Shown here: piece by piece, positions 55,029 through 64,000 of the stretch
Layout of the letters: each line of letters opens with the position of its first letter
Numbering within the stretch: the first letter of the stretch is position 1
Source: Macrostomum lignano
Taxonomy: Eukaryota
Assembly: GCA_002269645.1 (NCBI GenBank)
Contig: NIVC01003373.1
Location: 1-64,000 of the forward strand
Direction of reading: 5' to 3'
DNA length: 64,000 nucleotides
Position numbers and translations under genes: made by a program
Notes under the pieces: model-generated
What the model was told of the DNA's origin: nothing
What the model saw: the letters and a program-made list of their open reading frames with translations, nothing else
Databases searched by the model: none

Positions 55029-56096
55029 TTGCAGGCAGAAGTTGATCCGCTGCTGAAACTGGTCAGCGGGCTGGGCAGTGCCGTACAGGTCGGCGGTCTC
55101 CCGGCTGCTCAAGGTGCCGCCGGCCTTGTGATCGATGATGGCCTCGATCACGCCGTCGCGAATAGCCTTGGCGGCCACGTATTCGGCTTCCTCGGCCGAG
55201 TCCAGCTGCAGCTTGGAGGCCACGGCGGCCAGGGAGATGCGGCTGTAGGACAGGGCAACCTTGCGGACGCCGACCTTGATGACATTGTGCCGCAGGCGGA
55301 CGCACAGCAGCCAGGTGTTGTCGGCTTTGAATCGGGCCGCATTGTCGCGTAGTACGGTGTTGAATTCGACAGCCTGGGTGAGGCGCAGGTAGGGAGCCAG
55401 CGGCCGGCGGAATCCCTGCTCGCAGAACGCATGACGATCGGGGGTCTCGCCAATTAGAAGTTGCACCACCACCTGCGGATTTTAATAAAAGTACTTATCA
55501 CAGTCAAATTAAAGTACTAGAGGAGTGGGCGATTACAGTGACTCTATAATGACTATGGGGCGCCTCTATACTGACTCTGGGGCGCCTCTATAATGACTCT
55601 AGGGCGCCTCTATACTGACTCTGGGGCGCTGCCATGAACCAGCTGTAAGCAGTAACAAACCTGCATTTTGGTGCAGATCTGACGAAATCCCAGAGCCCGC
55701 TGACCACTGGCAGCTTTAGCGCAGCGCCTGCTGCAGATGCTGAGCGGCCCGGCCCAGGTAGAATTGGTACCTGGCCAGCTCGTGAATCGGCGCCAGCTCG
55801 GGAAAGGCGCACTTGTCAACTAGCCTGGCGGCCTGGTCTAGCAGGCGGTCCATCAGGTAGGAGCGCAGCAGGCAGTTGGTGAGGGTGGCGCAGCCGCTGC
55901 AGCATCTGGGGCCGTACGGTGGCCAGCTTGGCCAGCTGAACTGGCCAGTTGAACTGGCCGGTGCGTTGCTATAGCAACTGGGAACAGCTTACAGCCTCAG
56001 CTTGGCGATTCGAGTCGAGCAAGTGTAGCAGCAGCAATAGGTGAAGAAACACTTCCGTTTCTGGGAGCAGGCGGCGGGAGGCCTGAGCACTCTGGC
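55029..56096 (-). pseudogene. PSMD3: 26S proteasome subunit Rpn3 (PSMD3) pseudogene, internal exons only
   Basis: Exons 56096-55661 and 55472-55029: LLPETEVFL, ATLTNCLLRSYL, ARYQFYLGR, RLRHNVIK..R..LSYSRISL, AKAIRDGVIEA and QRINFCL. In-frame TAG at 55969-55971, frameshifts and several internal deletions. First and last exons not found. Confidence 0.9.
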
Positions 56097-56279
56097 CTGT
56101 TGGGTGGGGGGGGAGGTTTACAGTTGGAAGTGTGGCATACAAGGGTTTAAATCAATAATAAAGAGGACATTGTGCCAGAACGACTTCTGATAGGGTCAGG
56201 TATACCCGTTTCGGTGACACCAGAGCAAGCAACGCACACGTATCACCCCGAAAACAGCCTAATTTTAAGCCTGTTTTTC

Positions 56280-56553
56280 TCCCTACGGGCGGCCTATCCC
56301 CCGCTCCCCCGAAGAAAATTTCCCTTCCTAGGGGCGGTCTAATCTCCCCCCCCCCAAAGAAAATTCCCCCCTCCTATGGGCGGCCTAATCTCCCCCCCCC
56401 TCCCGAAGAAAATTCCCCTTGCTATGGGCGGCATAATCTCCCCCCGAAGAAAATTCCCCTTGCTATGGGTGGCATAATCTCCCCCCCCCCGAAGAAAATT
56501 TCCCTCCCCAGGGGCGGCTTATCTTCCCCGAAAAAAATTTCTGGCTAAGCACC
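56280..56553. repeat. About 40-bp C-rich repeat (CCCCCGAAGAAAATTCCCC...GGGCGGCATAATCT), possibly a MITE relic
   Basis: About 6 degenerate copies ending AAATTTCTGGCTAAGCACCTG. The opposite TIR was not found. Confidence 0.7.
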
Positions 56554-56669
56554 TGATACGGATCCAGTATGTACAAAGGCTCCAGCTCACGCCGGGTGTA
56601 CAGCGGCCCTGACTATCTCCATAGTCAGACATGTACACTCTCTGTGCAAGCAAGATTCAAATGTCACAG

Positions 56670-57372
56670 CTACGAGTTGAGATTCAGTTGAGATTTAGTT
56701 AAGATTCAGTTGAGATTCAATTAAGATTCAGTTGAGATTTAGTTAAGATTCAGCTATGATTCAGTTGAGATTCAGCTGAGATTCAGTTGAGATTCAGTTA
56801 AGATTCAGCTGAGATTCAGTTGAGATTCAGTTGAGATTCAGCTGAGATTCAGTTCAGATTCAGTTCAGATTCAGTTCAGATTCAGTTCAGATTCAGTTCA
56901 GATTCAGTTCAGATTCAGTTCAGATTCAGTTCAGATTCAGTTCAGATTCAGTTCAGATTCAGTTCAGATTCACTTAAGATTCAATTGAGATTCAGTAAAG
57001 ATTCAGTAAAGATTCAGTTGAGATTCAGTTGAGATTCAGCTGGGATTCAGTTGAGATTCAGCTGGGATTCAGTTGAGATTCAGTTGAGATTCAGCTGAGA
57101 TTCGGTTGAGATTCAGCTGAGATTCAGTTGAAATTCAGCTGAGATTCAGCTGAGATTCAATTAAGATTCAGCTGAGATTCAGCTGAGATTCAATTAAGAT
57201 TCAGTTGAGATTCAGCTGAGATTCAGCTGAGATTCAGCTGAGATTCAGCTGAGATTCAGCTGAGATTCAGCTGAGATTCAGTTGAGATTCAGCTGAGATT
57301 CAGATGAGATTCAGTTGAGATTCAGCTGAGATTCAGTTGAGATTCAGTTGAGATTCAGCTGAGATTCAGCTG
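56670..57372. repeat. Second (GAGATTCAGTT)n satellite block, part of the duplicated SLC5 intron 1
   Basis: Same unit as 38150-40070, ending in the same GATTCAGCTGACATC junction. Confidence 0.95.
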
Positions 57373-57433
57373 ACATCCACGTACATCAAAAGCAAGCTGT
57401 CAGTCTTGTAATCATTACATGACACAAACGTAC

Positions 57434-57625
57434 CTAGCAGAGAAATGGCGGACCAATTAAGGACACAAGAATTGAGATGGCCACCGGTAGCAACTGCAGA
57501 TTTCGGTTGCCAAGCAGGTACTCCTTAGTGGTTTGTTGCCGGCCGCCAGTGCACGAGGTGTACACCCCGATAGCAACAGATGACAGACAGATCAAGGCGA
57601 TAAGGACGTAGTCTATGGGGTGCAT
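57434..57625 (-). pseudogene. Duplicate of SLC5 exon 1 with a +2 frameshift
   Basis: Near-identical to 40315-40126, but TCCTTAATTGG replaces TCCTTTTGG, giving TAG just before the donor. Upstream promoter homology extends to 57783. No exon 2 follows. Confidence 0.9.
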
Positions 57626-57819
57626 GATGGCGAGATGGAGGAAATGTTTGGAAACTGTTGCTGTGTCGAATAAGAATCGAATTTGTTTAAATATAGAATA
57701 GAGTTCTTTCTGTATTGCGAGTGCGCGTGGTTTATGCTCGTAGTATTAGGCTCGTAGTAGGTATACGCTCTGATTGGCTCCATGAGAGTATAGTGCAGGA
57801 CCAAAACTCAATCAAAACA

Positions 57820-58390
57820 AACTCTCTCTCCCTCAGCAATCTCAGCAATCTCACAGCAATCTCTCCTCAACAATCTGCTCAGCAATCTCTCAGCAATCTC
57901 TTAAACATTCCCTCAACAATCTTTTAGCAATTTCTCAACAATCTCTATCACAAACTCTCAACAATCTCTTAAAAATTCTCTCAACAATCTCTCAACAATC
58001 TCTCAACAATCTCTCAACAAACTCTCAACAAGCTCTCAGCAAATCTCTCAGCAATCTTTCAGCAATCTCTCAACAATCTCTCAACAAGCTCTCAGCAAAT
58101 CTCTCAGCAATCTTTCAGCAATCTCTCAACAATCTCTCAACAATCTCTCAGAAATCTCTCTGCAATCTCTCAAGAAATCTCTCAGCAATCTCTCAACAAT
58201 CTCTCAGCAATCTCTTAACATTCTCTCAACAATCTCTTAGCAATCTCTAAACAATCGCTATGACATTCTCTCAACAATCTCTCAGAAATCTCTCTGCAAT
58301 CTCTCTAGAAATCTCTCTAGAAATCTCTCAGCAATCTCTCAACAATCTCTCAGCAATCTCTCAGCAGTCTCCCAACAATATCTCTGGGTC
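57820..58390. repeat. 11-bp satellite (CAATCTCTCAG/CAATCTCTCAA)n
   Basis: Direct reading. Confidence 0.92.
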
Positions 58391-59168
58391 TGTGAGGCTT
58401 CTATATTTTTTAATGACACGCATTATAGATGTAGCCATCAATTTGTTTTCAAACTGTCTGTTTTTTATTATTTATATTGTAGTTCAATCAATCTGGGACA
58501 ACCTACTTATTAATTAATGGAATGGTTTTCTGGTCTGTTTATCAAAATAAATGGTTCAGAAAGTCGTCGATTTGTATTTTTAGGCAGAGCTAAAAGTTTA
58601 AAAATATATATTTAGGAGTATTACCCACCTCAGTATGTCTTGTTAAACTGAACAAGTTAGCGTTTGTTTTTCTGTTAAGTCTAATGAATTTAAAATATCT
58701 TTTTCAAAGAAACTCGACAAAATTTAATTAAAGTTAGATCAGAACCAATAATAATACTCATTCATTCATTCGAGTGCTTGTACGAGTGTCTGAAGAAATT
58801 GACTTAGTTATATGTTATTATTGTCAGTCTTAGTGTTATCGAGATTTTTGTGGTAGTTTGATTATCAGAAGCTGGCCCTATGCTTTGGTTATAAATATAA
58901 AATATATATCATATTCAAGTTAAAATAAAGTGAATCGCCTTACCTTAGCTCAAAGCCTCATTTTTTATTTTTAGATTCAGTTGGATCTAGGCCTAGTAGA
59001 GTCATTAAGTTTAAAAATGCATATACTACTGTAAATTCACAACCGAAACAAATCATCAGTCAATTAAAAAATGACAATGAAAGCCTTTGGATTTATTATA
59101 TAATTATATATAAGTATTGGTATGTTAAATTGATAAAACAGTTGGCGTAATTATATAGAACTAATAAG

Positions 59169-62100
59169 ATGTCTACAGCAAATGAGTCTGTAAAATGGCA
59201 GGACTTATTAGAAAAAGAGTTTGACAAATCCTTTGCTGATCTAGAGCTTCTATTGCATAAAAATCTATCATCTAACAAAGAGTTATATACAAATATAACA
59301 AACTATCTAAATACAATCTGTAGCACATTTTCTCAATTGAACCAGCGTGCCTTAACAATTTTCTATAATAATGCAAAGCTTGAAGTAAGTTGCCTTGCTT
59401 TTAAATTAATTTTTCTTACTATCATATATTTAAACTATATAATGTAGGTCTATGCCACTAGACCTAGGCTTATAGCATTATATATTTAAGCCTGTGCTAT
59501 AAATAGTTGCCTAATATTTTTAATATTAAGATGTACTTAAAATTCTTATTTACTACACATTTTAGCATCTTAACAATAGACAAGTAGGCTAGGCTTTGTT
59601 GTTGCTTTTATACTATAATTCAGATTGTATATTAGTGTATGCCAAGTTTAATACTGGAATAAATGATGAGACCTCGTTTGTATGCCAGGTTTGTATGAAA
59701 TGCCAATATAAAAAATTGTTATTTGATATGTTATATATGCTAGTATATATCTTGATTCTTGATATATAGGCCTATGCTGAAAAATGGTAAGACCTTTGTT
59801 GTATGCCAGCCTTCTAAACTATGGCTTTTATAAATATATCTCATATAAGTCACTCTTAAAGATATGATAGCTATGTTTATAATGCAAAAACTTATAGGCC
59901 TAGAAATGTCAACTGTCTTTAATAGTGCCTAGGTTTATACTTATAGACATGCCTACTATTTATATAATTAGAGCCTATAAACATGGCAGCTATGTCTTTA
60001 ATATAAAATGCATATTATATTAGTGATGTATTGTCTGTGTCAATAAAGTCTATATAGTGCCAATGGCCATGTTAATATTTAATGGGTTTATACATAGACT
60101 TAAAGATATAGAAGGTGGCTATGTTCCTAATATAAAATTCATTTGGCATTAAAGTCAATGGCTATCTCTTTATTGCCAAAATTTAAAGCCATGGTATACT
60201 ATACGCAGTATAATACTCAACCATGGGGATACAATTACCTTCCTTTTAGGTAGAGACAAAAAAAGGCAAATGGTATCTAATCCAATTTTTGCCAAAATAG
60301 AAAGCCATCAATTTGCCCTTCCTTCCTTTGCTTTCCTTGACTTTCTAGAATCTATCCTCTCAATAAACTTCTAGTTATGCTATTGAAAATAAATAAAATG
60401 GCTAGTTAAGAAATGTCTATTCAATGTTTTTTTATACTTGTAATACCTTTTATATTCAATTTATCTTTTCTTATATCTAAAGCTAAGTGGGTAGACTGTT
60501 AGGTTTGATGCATATCTTCTCCTAGACAGCTGGCAACTCAAATATAAATGAAAGTTAATTTATATTAACTTAGTTATAACTGAAGAAGTTAAAGGTTCTT
60601 TTCATAGGCTCTGAAATTTGCAACATTCATTTATTTACTTATTGCTTTACCCTTTACCAATGAAATCAAAGGCTTTCAATAGTCCTTTAAATCACAGTAA
60701 GTAAGTGGCCAATATTAGCAACCAGATGCAACATATATATATATACCCTATAGATATGAAGCGCAGTCTGGACCTAGGCATTATTAGAGACAAGGTATAT
60801 TTATATCTCTACAAACTTTATCAACAACTTTATTAACAACTTACCTTGTGTATATCCAAATCAATGGCAGAAATCTAAGCTAAAGAATACTATAGTAAAT
60901 ATGGTAAAATGGGTATCTATAATGGCTATATTGGTATATATAAAAGCTAACAACTGCTCTTATGCCTTTGACAATGACAATATAATGTAGTCTTTAAATC
61001 TATCAAAATACTTATCTCTATCCTACCCTTTATATTTCTAAACCTCTGACCTATAGAAGCTTTTAATCTATAAACTCTATGTTTAAAATTAACTATTGAA
61101 ATGTTTTAAAATCCACAAAATCCCAAAACGCTCCAGAATATTATTAATTATAGAAATATGGAACTGAAATTACCTAATGTAAGGCTGTTCAGTCCAATGA
61201 CTAGGATGGGGGGTTGCCAAACAGCCCTCAATTACCCCAGCTAATTTTGGCACCCAATTTTACAGCTGGGTGAACTAAAGCAATGTAGAGTTAAGTGTCT
61301 TGCTCAAGGACACAAATTGTTCCAGTGGGATTTTAAGAATCAAAACCCTGACCTTACAGTTGTAAGACTGGCTACAACCCTCTATCACAAAACACTGAGC
61401 TTATAAGAAGGCTCTAAATTGTCTGTAAAGTTATACAATAAATAGGTAACATGCATTTACTATAATAGTAACTAAAATGTACTTTCAATAAAAGTAACCA
61501 CGCACCAGCCTCTAAATAAAAAGTAAAACTTGATGAATCAGTCTGCCATAATGGTATTGTAAAAAAGACAACATTTTTTTAGGCTCAGCTGGTATCCATG
61601 CGCACAGACCTGGCCTCTGCTCAGGCCGCAGCTGCAAGCTCTGCTGGTGCAGCATCAGCCAAGGCTTCATCATCACTAGCAGATGTTGATGCCCAGCCTC
61701 CACAGCCCGCATCCTCAGACTCTGCCAAGTCTGAGATTCTGAAATTCGAACGGGATATTGTTGTGAATGAGAACGCTGAGCTCAGACGGTACTGCCTGGC
61801 TCTGCAGACTGAGCTGTATGCTGCCCGCCTGACTGCCAAATACCTCAATAAGGAGCTGGCAGGTCGTGTGCAACAGATGCAGCTGCTGACTGCCAGCAGC
61901 AATGGGACTGGTCTGGGTGAGTGCCAGCCTTACTGGGCCAGCCTCCCAGATCCTCAGTTGCTGGGCCAGCCTCCCAGATCCTCAGTAGCTGGGCCAGCCT
62001 GCCAGATCTTCAGTTGCTGGGCCAGCCTCTCAGATCCCCAGTTGCTGCGCCAGCCTCCCAGATCCTCATCAGTTGCTGGGCCAGCCTGCCAGATCCTCAG

Positions 62101-63405
62101 TTGCTGGGCCAGCCTGCCAGATCCTCAGTTGCTGGGCCAGCCTCCCAGATCATCAGTTGCTGGGCCAGCCTCCCAGATCCTCAGTTGCTGGGCCAGCCTC
62201 CCAGATCCTCAGTTGCTGGGCCAGCCTCCCAGATCATCAGTTGCTGGGCCAGCCTCCCAGATCATCATTGTCTGGGTCAGCCTTTAAAACGCATCATCAA
62301 CTCCAATCAATCCATTTCAACCTTTAATTTTTACATTTCAGACGGTGTCAGCGGTGGTGGCAGCGGAGGCAGCGGCGGCGGCCGTCACCCGATGGGCCCT
62401 GGCGAGCGCAGGCGGCTGTGGTCGCAGCTGGAGGCTGAGATCCGACTGCACAGGTGCAAAACTTTGCTTCGAGCGAGTCGCGGTCGTTCCGTTGCCAGGT
62501 CGGTGAAATCTGCGATTGACGATTGTAAAGACTGACTCGCCTGACCTTGAGCACAGGCTATTATTAATCTTCCCCGATTCCCCTTAAAAATCTCTCCCTA
62601 TTCCTTTAAGAATCTCTTCCAATTTCCCTTGAGAATCTCCCGAATTCCCTTTGAGAATCTCCTGCCAATTCCCTTGGAGAATCTCCCTAATTCCCTTTAA
62701 GAATCTCCCCACCATTATCTTGAAAATCTCCCCGAATTCCCTTAAGAATCTCCCCTGAATTCCCCAAGAATATCCCCATTCCCCTTGAGAATCTACCCCA
62801 ATCCGCTTGATAATCCTTCCCAATTCCCCTTGATTATCTCCCCCAATTCCCGTTGAGTATCTCCCCCAATACGTATAGAGAATCTGCCACAACCCCTTGG
62901 GAATCTCTCTCAATTCCCCTTGAGAATCTGCCATAATTCTCCTAAAAAATGCTTCTCGCTACTTTTAGTAGACAAAACTCAACAAAATGCATTTTAGGTT
63001 CCTACCAAACAACGGCTTGGCACCGGGTCAGGAGGAATCGCTGACTGACTGTTCACCGCGTCAAGTCAGCGTCAGCAAGGACCCCGGTGAAGGCTTAGGC
63101 GTGTCCATTGTTGGAGGCCGCGAGCACGGGGCCCCAATTCTCATTTCCGAGCTGCATCCGGGTCTGCCAGCTGCTCGATGCGGTCTGATTCATGTTGGCG
63201 ATGCCATTCTGTCTGTTGACGGAGTGTCGCTGAGAGAGGCTCGACATCACGACGCTGTGCAAGTGCTGAGTCATCTTCGAGAGTCCACTGTGGAACTCAC
63301 TCTGGTCTTTGTTGCCGATGTTGACCAGCCAGGGAGTGCTGATGATGACGAAGTGACTGATGAAGATGAGGACGACCGGTTTGTGGATCTGGCCACTGGA
63401 TACAG
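59169..63405 (+). CDS. GOPC: Golgi-associated PDZ and coiled-coil motif-containing protein (partial; continues beyond the window)
   Basis: Exons 59169-59384, 61583-61916, 62342-62498 and 62998-63405, phases consistent. WQDLLEKEFDKSFAD, LAARLTAKYLNKELAGRVQQMQLL, LWSQLEAEIRLHR and PDZ GLGVSIVGGREHGAPILISE. Confidence 0.95.
61182..61380 (-). mobile_element. Diverged, truncated CORE-like SINE (copy 4) in GOPC intron 1
   Basis: CCCTCAATTACCCCAGCTAA...TTTACAGCTGGGTGAACT...GTGTCTTGCTCAAGGACACAAATTGTTCC matches copies 1 and 2. Confidence 0.82.
61921..62275. repeat. 28-bp minisatellite (GGGCCAGCCTCCCAGATCCTCAGTTGCT) in GOPC intron 2
   Basis: About 12 copies starting just after the donor. Confidence 0.93.
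62560..62940. repeat. About 22-bp degenerate minisatellite (AATTCCCCTTGAGAATCTCCCC) in GOPC intron 3
   Basis: Direct reading. Confidence 0.85.
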
Positions 63406-64000
63406 GTGGGTTGTGTCTGTGGGATACAGGTGGGTTGTGTCTGTCTGTGGGATACAGGTGGGTTGTGTCTGTGGGATACAGGTGGGTTGTGTCTGTGGGA
63501 TACAGGTGGGTTGTGTCTGTCTGTGGGATACAGGTGGGTTGTGTCTGTGGGATACAGGTGGGTTGTGTCTGTGGGATACAGGTGGGTTGTGTCTGTCTGT
63601 GGGATACAGGTGGGTTGTGTCTGTGGGATACAGGTGGGTTGTGTCTGTGGGATACAGGTGGGTTGTGTCTGTGAGATACAGGTGGGTTGTGTCTGTGGGA
63701 TACAGGTGGGTTGTGTCTGTGAGATACAGGTGGGTTGTGTCTGTGAGATACAGGTGGGTTGTGTCTGTCTGTGGGATACAGGTGGGTTGTGTCTGTGGGA
63801 TACAGGTGGGTTGTGTCTGTGGGATACAGGTGGGTTGTGTCTGTGGGATACAGGTGGGTTGTGTCTGTCTGTGGGATACAGGTGGGTTGTGTCTGTGGGA
63901 TACATGTGGGTTGTGTCTGTGGGATACAGGTGGGTTGTGTCTGTGGGATACAGGTGGATTGTGTCTGTGAGATACAGGTGGGTTGTGTCTGTCTGTGGGA
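63397..64000. repeat. 24/28-bp minisatellite containing the GOPC exon 4 donor site
   Basis: Unit GGATACAG|GTGGGTTGTGTCTGTG, about 24 copies to the window end. Confidence 0.96.

Noticed and set aside
56553-56641. 89-nt exon-like segment between AG and GT on the minus strand
   Set aside because: No clean frame matching PSMD3 or SLC5, and the donor overlaps a repeat terminus.

Overview
Eukaryotic (animal) genomic DNA with spliced genes, GC-rich exons and very dense simple and minisatellite repeats. The style fits a repeat-rich invertebrate such as the flatworm Macrostomum, but that assignment is inference only. Most ORFs in the supplied track are artefacts of tandem repeats. Genes reconstructed by hand from GT-AG junctions: a 2-exon class A peptide-type GPCR (minus, 7491-9565, 361 aa); a 5-exon flavin-containing monooxygenase (plus, 19017-24647, 558 aa); a 12-exon SLC5A6/8-type Na+/solute symporter (minus, 27219-40315, 597 aa); an MPPE1/Cdc1-family metallophosphoesterase with an apparent frameshift (minus, 45944-49050); 3' exons of an unidentified gene with a frameshift (minus, 52797-54803); a damaged PSMD3/Rpn3 copy (minus, 55029-56096); a frameshifted duplicate of the SLC5 promoter plus exon 1 (57434-57783); and the 5' four exons of GOPC (plus, from 59169). 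Mobile elements: CORE-type tRNA-SINEs (4 copies), two RNase H-type LINE 3' fragments (one with a 13-bp TSD), a Penelope-like fragment, a 502-bp MITE with an 8-bp TSD, a dead mariner that appears to enclose a THAP fragment, and a possible non-autonomous Helitron. Most unusual pattern: several intronic tandem arrays are built from splice signals in the sense orientation (amplified exon end plus 5' splice site, branch-point arrays, complete 3' splice-site modules). There is also a mosaic of damaged gene fragments at about 52.8-57.8 kb.
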